Of a stretch of 64,000 nucleotides of DNA, positions 20,739 to 30,582 are shown one piece after another. Origin of the DNA: an uncultured Spirochaetota bacterium. GTDB taxonomy: Bacteria > Spirochaetota > Brevinematia > Brevinematales > JAOACQ01. Position 1 is the first letter of the stretch. The number at the start of each line of letters is the position of its first letter. Where the stretch lies: assembly GCA_963835575.1 (NCBI GenBank), contig CAWIGG010000002.1:1440001-1504000 (forward strand). Direction: 5' to 3'. The translations under genes and the position numbers were made by a program. The notes below the pieces were generated by a model. The model had not been told where the DNA came from. It ran no database searches and saw only the letters and a list, made by a program, of their open reading frames with translations.

Positions 20739-21764
20739 ATGAATATTGTTAGAAAAATAAAGAATCTATTAGAAGTTAACAGTTTTTTTTCAGTTTTGTT
20801 TGAAAAAGTTACTAATTCTTTTTTATATAGAATATGTGTAGATTTTAATGTAAAAAGATATGTTAAAAAGATAAAAAAGAAGAAAAATTATAATATCGTA
20901 CTGGAAACATCCAATCTTTGCAATGCAAAATGTGTTATGTGCCCTCATGTTAAGATGCAAAGAAAAAAAGGTGTTATGAGTGATGAGATTTTTGATTTAA
21001 TAATTCAAAAAATACAGGAAGAAAGGATTAGCCCCCTTGCCTTTATATTGAATGGATTTGGCGAGCCTTTAACAGATAAAAATATTATACCCAGAATGAA
21101 TAAAATAAAATCGCTGTTTCCTAAGTCAATCCTTAAATTTTATTCCAATTTCGGACTTGCTGATGATTCTGTTATTGAGAAACTGGTAGATTCAGGTTTA
21201 GATGAAATTAATATCAGTTTTAATGGGTTTAACAAAGAAAGTTATGAAGATGTAATGAAAATTAATTATGATAAAACTATTGCCAATGTTTTAAAATTAA
21301 TAAAATCCAGGAATGATAAAAAAAGCAAATTGAAGATAAGAATGTCTATGGCTTTGGTCAATAGTAATGACGGTGATGAAAAGAAGTTTATAAAAAAATG
21401 GGGAAATAAGGTTGATTCTGTCAGTATAAATAAAGTTCATGATTACGGCGGTTCAGTTAAATCCGTATCTGGAAAGTATAAGATTAATTATGAGAAAAAA
21501 AGACTAAATCCATGCAAGGCTATTTTTAATTCCATCATTTTCGGAGTTACAGGCGATATTTTCTTATGCTGCTTGGATTATGAAGGTTCATTTAATTTCG
21601 GCAGCGTTAGGGATAATAAAATATTAGATATCTTCTATTCAAAAGAATATGAAAATATCAGGAAAATCCATTTAAACGGAGACGCAAGAAAGCTCAAATT
21701 ATGCTCCAGCTGTTACACGCCTTACAGGAATGGAATCGACTGGTTTATTGATAAAATATATTAA
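20739..21764 (+). CDS. Radical SAM protein with SPASM/Twitch domain
   Basis: CNAKCVMC, GFGEPL, PC..IF..GDIFLCCLD..CSSC motifs; visibly more AT-rich than the upstream MATE gene. Confidence 0.88.
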   Translation: MNIVRKIKNLLEVNSFFSVLFEKVTNSFLYRICVDFNVKRYVKKIKKKKNYNIVLETSNLCNAKCVMCPHVKMQRKKGVMSDEIFDLIIQKIQEERISPLAFILNGFGEPLTDKNIIPRMNKIKSLFPKSILKFYSNFGLADDSVIEKLVDSGLDEINISFNGFNKESYEDVMKINYDKTIANVLKLIKSRNDKKSKLKIRMSMALVNSNDGDEKKFIKKWGNKVDSVSINKVHDYGGSVKSVSGKYKINYEKKRLNPCKAIFNSIIFGVTGDIFLCCLDYEGSFNFGSVRDNKILDIFYSKEYENIRKIHLNGDARKLKLCSSCYTPYRNGIDWFIDKIY

Positions 21765-21948
21765 TGGCATGTTGTAATCAATACAGACAAACAGCGGTTA
21801 AGCATGTCAATAATCGCTTAAAAAAGCCTCCAGTCCACTGGATTTAAACAGATTAACTGCAGGTGATAAAAGGATGATTTTGGTTTTGTTTAAAGATCGA
21901 TGTTCATTTAAATCCATATTCTGTAAAACTATCTAGATCCTAAATTAT

Positions 21949-22050
21949 CGGAGGAGGTTGGATTCATAGATAATGCAATCAATTACAGAACATCGGAAAT
22001 AATTCACTGACGCATACCTGCCAAATTAAAACTATCAATTTTTTAAAAAT
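21949..22050. repeat. att-like repeat, copy 1
   Basis: CGGAGGAGGTTGGATTC matches 57595-57611 (CGGAGGAGGAGGGATTC) at 15/17. Followed by ATAGATAATGCAATC..AGAACATCGGAAATAATTCACTGACGCATACCTGCCAAA, shared with copies 2 and 3. Confidence 0.7.
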
Positions 22051-22315
22051 CAAAGAGTATAATGATTCAATTTTACTCGTTATTTTTGAATATAAATCAA
22101 TTTCATGAGGAAGAACATTCTACAAAAAGGTCGGGAGAAGGTGAAAATCCAATTTTAGATTCGTATAGAAGATCAACTCACCAAACGGACCCCGCTAGTG
22201 AGTTGATCCTTAATTATCCCCTAAGGCGTTACATAGATAAAGTCGTCCCCCTCTCCAGTGATCTCGTTCGTTCCAATCCAGTAGCAGCACTTCAACGCAC
22301 TGTTGTCAAACCCGG

Positions 22316-22425
22316 CGGGGGGAGGAGGAATTCATAGATTATACAATTCTTTATATGATAATTAAATAAGAAACATCGAAAATAATTCACTTTCAAATAC
22401 CTGCCAAATTGAATTTATCTTTTTT
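22316..22425. repeat. att-like repeat, copy 2
   Basis: GGAGGAGGAATTC then ATAGATTATACAATTCTTTATATGATAAT..AAACATCGAAAATAATTCACTTTCAAATACCTGCCAAATT. Confidence 0.7.
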
Positions 22426-22454
22426 GACCGCTCAATAATCTCCACAGCAAAACA

Positions 22455-22489
22455 TTAACCTTGACGTTAAGGTTAAGGATTATTATAAT
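22455..22489 (+). promoter_or_regulatory. MerR-type dyad operator overlapping the -35 box
   Basis: Near-perfect 22-bp palindrome TTAACCTTGACGTTAAGGTTAA containing TTGACG; TATAAT at 22484-22489; just upstream of the merR-family gene. Confidence 0.72.
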
Positions 22490-22542
22490 ATATTATGGAA
22501 TAATATGGCAGTGATCGGAAGTATAATAAGAGAGAAACAATT

Positions 22543-22944
22543 ATGGGAAACAAATCCGGATTATTTAAAATTGAAGAGGCGGCAGTGAAGACCGGTCTGA
22601 CAAAAAGGGCCTTAAGGTATTATGAGGAATTAAAACTCATTTTTCCGGTACGCGGCGGGTCCGGCTACAGGATGTATACCGGTGAAGACATTGAAAAAGT
22701 CATGAGAATCAAGGAAATCAAGGACAGCCTGGGATTCGGGTTAAGCGAGATCAAAGATATTTTTGAACTGGAAAAAAATCTGATGACTATCGAAAAAGAT
22801 AAGAATTATGACGCGGCTTTGATCGGCAGGTCCATTGATGAAATTAACAGGCAAATCAAATTGATTGAAAATAAGGAAGCCACTCTCAAAAGGGTCAAAG
22901 AAAAATATCATGCTATTCTGCAGCAATTAAAGGAGATAAAATGA
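22543..22944 (+). CDS. MerR family transcriptional regulator
   Basis: FKIEEAAVKTGLTKRALRYYEELKLI.P.R..SGYRMY..LGFGLSEIK; no metal-binding Cys; overlaps the next gene (ATGA). Confidence 0.92.
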   Translation: MGNKSGLFKIEEAAVKTGLTKRALRYYEELKLIFPVRGGSGYRMYTGEDIEKVMRIKEIKDSLGFGLSEIKDIFELEKNLMTIEKDKNYDAALIGRSIDEINRQIKLIENKEATLKRVKEKYHAILQQLKEIK

Positions 22945-24401
22945 AGAGAATCAACTACAAGTGGATCGCGCTTTCATGCACCTCATTAGGGGCGTTTTTC
23001 GCGGTTATGAGCGGAAATACCCTCATTGTAGCTTTACCGGTCATCATGAAGGACCTGAATGCGTCTTTTCAGGAGATTATCTGGACAATGATGGGCTATA
23101 TGTTCATACTGAGCATAATAGTTCCCGCGATAGGAAGGATCGCGGACATGATAGGCAGAAAAAAGCTTTTTATCGCGGGTTTCGTTGTATTTACACTTGG
23201 TTCTTTACTATGCGCTTTTTCAAGGTCGGGCTTAGACCTGCTTTTATACAGGATGGTCCAGGCGGTAGGAGGAGCGCTGTTAGCCGCGAACAGCGTACCG
23301 ATTGTCACAGACGCCTTCCCCAGGAAGGAACTCGGTATGGCATTGGGCATCAACGGCATGATCATAAGTATCGGGGCGGTTATCGGCCCTATTCTGGGCG
23401 GCTTATTGATAAACATGGGCTGGCGGTCGATCTTTTATATCAATGTTCCTATAGGAATTATCGGTACGATCTGGGCGGCGACACAGCTTAAGGAACTCGA
23501 TATTCTTCCTGAAAAACAGAAATTCGACTGGGCCGGGGCTATTCTTTTCACAGCCGGCATGCTTGCCCTGCTGCTTTTTTTAACCTTCGGAGGACTTTAC
23601 GGGTGGCAAAGGCCGGAATTATATATCCTTTTAGCCGCGGCGCTCGTTTTGCTGCCGCTTTTCGTTTACATGGAATTCCAGTCAAAGGAACCCATGCTTG
23701 ACATGAGGCTTTTTGAGTCGAGGGCCATTTCCTTTGCATACGGTTCCAATCTCCTGAACGGTATTGCCCGCGGTGCCGTAACCTTTCTTCTTATTTTTTA
23801 TTTCCAGGGGATAAAAGGGATAGACCCTATCCAGGCCGCCGTCATGCTGATACCGTTTGTACTGCCGCAAATGATCATAGCCCCTATTTGCGGATGGCTT
23901 TCGGACAGGATTGGCTCAAGAATGCTCAGTTCGGCCGGGCTGCTCATATCCGCCCTTGGGTTTATAGGCCTGATCTGGATAAGACCTGAAACTTCTTACC
24001 TGGAATTGACAATATGGATGATAATCATCGGTATAGGTTCCGGTATGTTCTTTTCACCCAACAACAAGGCAATTATGGCAGCCGTACCGGTAGAAAAAAG
24101 GGGAATCGCCGGCGGGGTCCGTACGATGATGAATAACCTGGGAATGATCATCAGCATGGCGCTATCCATGGCCGTCATTACCTCAAGCATTACACCGGAG
24201 GCCTTTTCAGGACTTATTACAGGGACACAGATCGGTTCAAAGGGTATTGCCGTCAAAGAATTTATTTCAGGCCTGAGAATACTATTTACAGTATCATTTG
24301 GGATCAGCATTTTTGCCGCCTTTATATCTTACCTGAGGGGCAGTATGCCTGACTGGCAGCATGATGTTCATCACCAGGAAATCAAACCATTTAAAGAGTA
24401 A
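22941..24401 (+). CDS. DHA2 (EmrB/QacA) MFS efflux transporter
   Basis: About 14 TM helices; GRIADMIGRK, RMVQAVGG, GPILGG, WRSIFYINVPIG and FDWAG motifs. Confidence 0.9.
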   Translation: MKRINYKWIALSCTSLGAFFAVMSGNTLIVALPVIMKDLNASFQEIIWTMMGYMFILSIIVPAIGRIADMIGRKKLFIAGFVVFTLGSLLCAFSRSGLDLLLYRMVQAVGGALLAANSVPIVTDAFPRKELGMALGINGMIISIGAVIGPILGGLLINMGWRSIFYINVPIGIIGTIWAATQLKELDILPEKQKFDWAGAILFTAGMLALLLFLTFGGLYGWQRPELYILLAAALVLLPLFVYMEFQSKEPMLDMRLFESRAISFAYGSNLLNGIARGAVTFLLIFYFQGIKGIDPIQAAVMLIPFVLPQMIIAPICGWLSDRIGSRMLSSAGLLISALGFIGLIWIRPETSYLELTIWMIIIGIGSGMFFSPNNKAIMAAVPVEKRGIAGGVRTMMNNLGMIISMALSMAVITSSITPEAFSGLITGTQIGSKGIAVKEFISGLRILFTVSFGISIFAAFISYLRGSMPDWQHDVHHQEIKPFKE

Positions 24402-24428
24402 TAGAAAATTTGAGAAAAGGAGTTTGTT

Positions 24429-25451
24429 ATGGCATTGATGAAAGCAGTACAGGTTAAGTCTCCCGGAGCGGATTTTGAACTGGTCCAGTTGGAAATACCC
24501 GTTCCCAAAGAGAACGAAGTCCTGATTAAAGTAGAAGCATGCGGTATCTGCCACGGGGACGCGGTCGTTAAAGAAGGCCATTATCCCGGCATACAGTACC
24601 CGAGGATCCCCGGGCACGAAGTGATCGGGATTATAGATAAGCTCGGCCCCGGTGTTTCCGTCTGGCAGACCGGCCAGCGCGTAGGCGTCGGCTGGTACGG
24701 GGGCCCCTGCCTGAAATGCGGCCCCTGCAGGAAAAAAGATTACTCCAATTGCGAGAATTTTCTTACAACCGGTATTTCCTTTGACGGGGGATACGCGGAG
24801 TACATGACGGCTCACATGCAGGCCCTCAATCTTATCCCGGATAATCTCAACGCGCTGGAAGCGGCCCCGCTGCTCTGCGCCGGCAGGACGACATTTTCCG
24901 CCCTCCGCAACAGCGGCGCAAAAGGCGGCGACATAGTAGCCGTACTGGGACTGGGCGGCCTCGGGCACCTGGCGGTCCAGTTTTCCAGGAAGCTTGGTTT
25001 CCATACTGTGACACTGTCGCGCGGAAAAGAAAAGGAAGAACTCGCTTATAAACTGGGTGCGCATGTCTATATCGATACAAAAGGATCGGACCCGGCGGCA
25101 GAGCTCAAGAAGCTGGGCGGCGCTAAAGTAATCCTTGCCACGGCCCCCAGCGGAAAAGCCATACAGGACGTGATCAACGGCCTGGGTTTTGACGGGCAGA
25201 TCATCATTGTGGCCGGGCAGGGCGAACCTATGCAGGTCATTCCCGGTCAGCTGCTGGGCGGAAGGCGGTCGATCAGGGGATGGGTATCCGGTCCCATAAG
25301 AAATAAAAATGAAGACGCCCTGAATTTCAGCGTCATATCCGGGGTCCTTCCCATGATCGAGGTTTTCCCGCTGGAGCAGGCGGCCCTGGCTTATGAAAAG
25401 ATGATTTCATCAAAGGTCCATTTCAGATCGGTCCTGAAAATGGGCGCTTAA
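24429..25451 (+). CDS. Zinc-dependent alcohol dehydrogenase
   Basis: CGICHGD, IPGHE, C..C..C.......C, APLLCAG and GLGGLG motifs. Confidence 0.92.
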   Translation: MALMKAVQVKSPGADFELVQLEIPVPKENEVLIKVEACGICHGDAVVKEGHYPGIQYPRIPGHEVIGIIDKLGPGVSVWQTGQRVGVGWYGGPCLKCGPCRKKDYSNCENFLTTGISFDGGYAEYMTAHMQALNLIPDNLNALEAAPLLCAGRTTFSALRNSGAKGGDIVAVLGLGGLGHLAVQFSRKLGFHTVTLSRGKEKEELAYKLGAHVYIDTKGSDPAAELKKLGGAKVILATAPSGKAIQDVINGLGFDGQIIIVAGQGEPMQVIPGQLLGGRRSIRGWVSGPIRNKNEDALNFSVISGVLPMIEVFPLEQAALAYEKMISSKVHFRSVLKMGA

Positions 25452-25523
25452 CAAGCCGGGCCCCGCTGAGCCGGGTCGAAGTGATTGACCGAATATCAAA
25501 AACAAAATTTTGAGGAGGTCTTT

Positions 25524-26240
25524 ATGGATATATTAAAAATGATCCGGGAAAGAAGGTCTTTAAGAATGCCTTTCAACCCGGGACGGCCTGTTAAAAAACA
25601 GGATTTAATGAAGATTCTTGAGGCCGCGCGCTGGACGCCTACGGCCCACAATATGCAGAACTTTGAAATAATCGTTGTGGATGATAAAAAGGTCCTGGAA
25701 TCTATCGGCAATATAAAGAGGCCGGTTTCCGAGATATTTATCAGGGAAAATTATCATCAGTTATCATTTTCAGAGGAAGAGCTCAAGAGGAAAAAAACAG
25801 GGGTACTGGGGACAATGTTCCCGCCGTCCTGGAGAAACCCGGATTTTAAACTGGATAAGGTCAATAGGGAAGAGATCGAGGCGATGCAGAGGCCATTACC
25901 GTCAGGCTCTGTTTTACTGTTTGTGGTTTATGATCCGGACAGAAGGGCCCCGGCTTCCGAAGGGGATTTCCTCGGGATCGTCAGCCTGGGATGTTTGATG
26001 GAAAACATTTGGCTCGCGGCCGAATCCCTGGGTATCGGCCTGCACATTGTCAGTTCGCTCAGTACGGACCCGGAAGTAAGAAAGGTCCTCAATATTCCGG
26101 ACAATCTGGTGATCGCTTTTTCATGCCGGCTGGGGTATCCGGCCGCAAAACCGGCCGGTTATATCCGTGTGCGCAGGGATATAAAGGATTTTACACATCA
26201 CAACCGCTACGGGAATAAGGAGGAAAACAATGGCAATTAA
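25524..26240 (+). CDS. Nitroreductase family protein
   Basis: GAGGAGG RBS before ATG 25524; IRERRSLR, ILEAARWTPTAHNMQ, ENIWLAAESLGIG and RLGYP motifs. Confidence 0.9.
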   Translation: MDILKMIRERRSLRMPFNPGRPVKKQDLMKILEAARWTPTAHNMQNFEIIVVDDKKVLESIGNIKRPVSEIFIRENYHQLSFSEEELKRKKTGVLGTMFPPSWRNPDFKLDKVNREEIEAMQRPLPSGSVLLFVVYDPDRRAPASEGDFLGIVSLGCLMENIWLAAESLGIGLHIVSSLSTDPEVRKVLNIPDNLVIAFSCRLGYPAAKPAGYIRVRRDIKDFTHHNRYGNKEENNGN

Positions 26241-27042
26241 AGGCGAATGGATTGATTACGGGGACCAGCGGGGGTACTTCGCAATTCCGGAAAAGACATC
26301 GACTCAGCTGCCGGGTATCATTGTAATCCAGGAAGCATGGGGTGTGAATGAACACATAGAAGATGTTACAAGGCGGTTCGCCGCCGCGGGTTACGCGGCC
26401 CTCGCTCCCGATCTCTTCGCGGTCGGCGGCAAAAGGCCGGCGGCGCTTACCCAGGAACGGATCGGGAAGGCCATGAAATTTATGAGACAGCTTTCTCCCG
26501 CTGTCTGGGGAAACCCGGCGGAGAGGGAAGCAGAGCTTGCCAGGCTTCCGGAACCCGATCGGACAGATTTCAGCGAAACCTTCGGTCAGCTATTCGCCGG
26601 TCCAAGCCGGATGGCGGGATATATACCTCAGCTCAGGGCCGCAGTTCATCATCTCAGGACCGGACAGCCGGAAACGAAGGAACAAAAAGTTGCCTGTGTC
26701 GGCTTCTGCATGGGCGGAGGACTTTCGGCCCTTCTTGCCTGTGAAGAGCCGGAAATTTCAGGCGCCGCAGTCTTCTACGGGAATACGCCTCCCGCGGATA
26801 AAATACCATCCATAAAATGCCCTGTAATAGGCTTCTACGGCGCAAATGACCAGCGTGTCAATCCCGGGATTCCCATCTTCGAAGAAGCCCTGCTTAAAGC
26901 TGGCAAGTCTTACGAACACTTTGTCTATGAAGGGGCAAACCACGCCTTCTTCAATGACGACGGTCAGGCCTACAATGTCAGGGCGGTCAGGGATTCATTC
27001 GTACGGCTGCTGACTTTCTTTCATAAAACACTGTCAGACTGA
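26230..27042 (+). CDS. Dienelactone hydrolase family protein
   Basis: IQEAWGVNEHI, ALAPDL, GFCMGG nucleophile, ANDQRV and GANHAF motifs. Confidence 0.92.
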   Translation: MAIKGEWIDYGDQRGYFAIPEKTSTQLPGIIVIQEAWGVNEHIEDVTRRFAAAGYAALAPDLFAVGGKRPAALTQERIGKAMKFMRQLSPAVWGNPAEREAELARLPEPDRTDFSETFGQLFAGPSRMAGYIPQLRAAVHHLRTGQPETKEQKVACVGFCMGGGLSALLACEEPEISGAAVFYGNTPPADKIPSIKCPVIGFYGANDQRVNPGIPIFEEALLKAGKSYEHFVYEGANHAFFNDDGQAYNVRAVRDSFVRLLTFFHKTLSD

Positions 27043-27052
27043 GGACCGTTAA

Positions 27053-28210
27053 ATGGACCAGTTCTCAGAATGCCTGGTTATGGCCAAGCCGGGCGGCCCG
27101 GAGTGTAATATGCGCTGCAGTTATTGTTACTATCTGGGAAAAAAATCCCTCTTTCCAAAAGGCCCTATGCTGATGTCCGAAGATCTCCTGGAAAGATATA
27201 TCGCCCAGAGGATCGAGGCTTCACCCGGCCCCAGCACTCATTTCGAATGGCATGGCGGGGAGCCGACCCTCCTTGGCCTGGATTATTTCCATACGATTAC
27301 GCGATTACAGCATAAATATAAACCGGCCGGGAGGACAATATCCAACGGACTCCAGACGAACGGCCTTCTGATCGATGAAAAATGGGCGGAGTTCCTTGCA
27401 GAGGAGTGTTTTTCCGTGGGGCTCAGCCTGGACGGCCCTGCTGAATTTCATGACAGGTTCAGAAAAACCGCCGGCCTAGGCCCTACCCAGGCCCGTGTTG
27501 TCAAGGCTTTCCATCTGCTGAAAAAGAGCCATGTCTTCACCAATATACTCTGTGTCCTCCATTCGGTAAACGCGGCGGAACCGGACAGGATGTACGGTTT
27601 CTTCCGGGACCTGGGAGCGGCATATATCCAGTTCCTTCCTCTGGTCATGCCGGATAAAGAACATGGCGTCAGTGAAGCAACAGCGAAACCTGATGTGATC
27701 GGAGATTTTCTATGCCGTGTGTTCGACCTGTGGATCAGGGAAGACGCGGGCCGGATTGTGGTCCAGATATTCGACGAGGCGCTGCGGCCGGTTTACGGCA
27801 TCCCCCACGCTTTATGCATTCACAGGGAAACCTGCGGCGACGCTGCCGTTCTTGAACATGACGGGAGTTTTTACGTCTGCGACCATTTTGTCGATCCGGA
27901 CCATTTCATCGGGAATATAAAAGAAAAAAAACTGGCCGATATGGCGGCCGATCCCCGAATGGTCCGCTTCGGAAAAGCCAAACGGGATACCCTCCCGCAA
28001 TTCTGCCTTGAATGCGAAGTTCTCCCGGCCTGCAACGGCGGCTGCCCCAAGGACCGCATATCAAAAGCCCCGGATGGACAGGTCGGACTGAATTATCTCT
28101 GCCCTGCTTATAAAAATTTCTTTATCTATTCCAGACCTGAACTGATGCGCCTGGCGGCCCATATAAAAGCAGGGAAGCCCCTGAGAGCATTCAGGCCATC
28201 TACTCACTGA
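27053..28210 (+). CDS. Anaerobic sulfatase maturase-like radical SAM/SPASM enzyme
   Basis: KP.GPECNMRCSYCYY, WHGGEPTL, LQTNG, SLDGP, CIHRETCG, CDHFV, CNGGCPKDR and NYLC motifs. Confidence 0.9.
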   Translation: MDQFSECLVMAKPGGPECNMRCSYCYYLGKKSLFPKGPMLMSEDLLERYIAQRIEASPGPSTHFEWHGGEPTLLGLDYFHTITRLQHKYKPAGRTISNGLQTNGLLIDEKWAEFLAEECFSVGLSLDGPAEFHDRFRKTAGLGPTQARVVKAFHLLKKSHVFTNILCVLHSVNAAEPDRMYGFFRDLGAAYIQFLPLVMPDKEHGVSEATAKPDVIGDFLCRVFDLWIREDAGRIVVQIFDEALRPVYGIPHALCIHRETCGDAAVLEHDGSFYVCDHFVDPDHFIGNIKEKKLADMAADPRMVRFGKAKRDTLPQFCLECEVLPACNGGCPKDRISKAPDGQVGLNYLCPAYKNFFIYSRPELMRLAAHIKAGKPLRAFRPSTH

Positions 28211-28374
28211 AAATTTCTGATTTGAAATACTGTTCAAGAAAAATCTGGTCGATTTTTATCCAATATTTAATTCCCGGGAAAAATCGGCTTTTTTATGCAT
28301 TTTTTTATTTTGTTTTGCTTTTTCCAGTTCAGCCCATTATAATTCTTCCTATTCAGCCGCTTGAGGAGTCTATT

Positions 28375-28970
28375 ATGCCGCTTTTAAAAATATTCACCGT
28401 CATAGGAGCTGCCGGGCTGGCAAGCTGTTTTCATGTTTAATCGTCCTGCATATTCTCCCGACGGGATTCCGCCCCATCCGTGATCCCGTTTGTAATTATG
28501 CGTCCGGCCGCTATGGATTCCTGTTCCGCCTTCAGGCCGTTTCTTCAGGTATCAGCGGGGTTTGCCTTTTAGCGCTTTTGGCCGGGTCGAGGCTCTCTTT
28601 AAGCCTTTTAGAAACCGCCGCCCTGATATTGTATTCATTCTCACGCCTTGTGATCATCTTCTTTCCAACCGATGTAAAACCGCCCCGGACCTTCAAGGGA
28701 ACAATTCACGTAATTCTCGACGTCTTCACTTTCGGGGGGATCGCCGCCGCGGCGGGATTTCTCACTCCCCGATTGATAATCATACCCATCTGGTCAAAAA
28801 TAAGTGTGGAACTCCAGGCCGCCGCGCTGCTGACCATGGCGTCCGCGATACTGTTTGCCGCCGTTTATGCGGTCCGCCCTCTGCGGCAGATCGAAGGATT
28901 GATCGAACGGTTCCTTTATCTCGGGACCTTACTCTGGCTCGGTTTGATGTTCCTGCCGATTCTCCTGTAG
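28375..28970 (+). pseudogene. DUF998-like membrane protein, frameshifted
   Basis: GAGGAG RBS, ATG 28375. Adding one T in the run at 28428-28431 gives ..CLIVLHILPTGFRPIRDPVCNYASGRYG.. in frame with ORF 28578 (FPTD, IHVIL, GLIER). Confidence 0.7.
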
Positions 28971-29287
28971 CATTTATAATAACCCGGCATCATATCCCCT
29001 GAATGAGATACTCTCGCGGCGGTTCGACGCGGCCGAGTACGGGATCCTGGTCCTTAACGCGCAAACATTCGTTTCGTGAATTGGCCCCTGTTATGAGTTT
29101 TAAATTCCTTAACGGGGTTTTTGCCGGAAATTCCATTGAATCACCTTCAAGAAAACAAAGTATGTAAACAATATTCCATTCATTTTTTTATTTGATTTTA
29201 TATCCTGGAATAACTATAATTTCTTTAGCCGGTTTTAAATATCCGGCGAATGGCCCGGTTTTATATAACAAGGGGAGGAGAATATCT

Positions 29288-30399
29288 ATGAAAAAAATAT
29301 TCCCGGGAATGTTAATGACTTTCAGCGTTCTGGCTTTTCTTTCCCTGGTTTCATGTGATCTGTTATATCCACCTGCGTTTTATAATAAGATTGTGAATCA
29401 GGGTTCCAATAACACTAACTCCGGTCCCAGCGGACCAAAGTCATGGCAAGTTGTCGGAAGTCAATATGCAATTACAAATTATACAACGGTCGCGCCAATA
29501 CTCCGAATCAATTCCTCGGGGGTTCCATGCGTGCTGGATGTCGCAGCCAGCAACGCGACTTTCTGGAGCTATAACTCCGGTTCATGGAATGCAATTGTTG
29601 TGACAAATTTGGCCAATCCTATTAGTAATGCGGGAATGATCCTTAATAATGGGGTAACACCATTTATCATAATTTCTGAAACAAGCACTTCAAAGGGTTT
29701 TATTTTTTCCAATATAACAAATCCATTTACTGCACCGGCTCTTACTTATCAGGTCCGGTATCCATCACATCCTCGAATGGTCAGCCTGTTATCGCCAGTG
29801 CCGATACTACGAGTATACATCTAAACATCTATAATTCAGTATGGGTTCAAAATAATATGTCTGCTAATAGCGTAAATTACGCCGACATTCAGTATACCGG
29901 CAATAACTTTTATCTTTTATATCAAACTCCATCAAGCCTGGCAATTGGAACCGGAGCAGACCTGGGCTCATTGGTACTTAGTACTTTTACAATAATAACG
30001 AATTACGACTATTACCCCTCCATGAAAGCCGCGAACGGCCTGGCTTATGCCGCTTATGTAGACTATTTGAACCAGACTAATCTCTATATTTTTAGTTATA
30101 ACGGTAATACTAACCTGATTGGGGCCATTACGAACGGAGGAGCGAAAAGCAGCCCGTCGATAGCAATACAGGACGCGAACCATATTTATGTCGCGGTCAG
30201 CGAGGCATTGGGGGGCACCATAATTACTAATTATATCAGGGTTTATATGTACGACGGTTCGGCCTGGTCCCAGCTGGGCGGCGATTTGATAACGGGCAAA
30301 ATGCCTTCCATCGACATCGCGCCGGATGGGACCCCTTATGTGGCTTCAGTGGATGTTTTTTACGGCGGCGGTAGGATAACCGTACAGGCGTTCCGGTAG
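29288..30399 (+). pseudogene. Thr/Asn-rich beta-propeller-like lipoprotein, frameshifted
   Basis: GGAGG RBS, ATG 29288, lipobox-like LVSC. A one-base shift near 29746 gives SGPVSITSSNGQPVIASADTTSIHLNIYNSVWVQNNMSAN in frame with ORF 29857 (YDGSAWSQLG, PSIDIAPDGTPYVA). Confidence 0.7.
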
Positions 30400-30582
30400 G
30401 CGTTTTAAAACAAAAGCGTCCTGGCAGCTTCCAGATAGTTGTTTTAATAACCTATTAACGATAGAATAATTACCATTAGTAAATATTATTGGTTCCGGTT
30501 CGAGATAAATATCACTCTTTGTTTTGCAATATTTTCATCACTGGTATAATATTACTGACAATAATCGTATTAGGGGGTCATA

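Noticed and set aside
21949..22425. Two nearby ~100-bp repeats as CRISPR or integron attC sites
   Set aside because: Too long, degenerate and widely spaced; no attC-like core or palindromic structure; the tRNA-end match explains them better.
24294..25064. 256-aa antisense ORF and many similar short overlapping ORFs
   Set aside because: They lie opposite or out of frame to well-supported genes and show no recognisable motifs.
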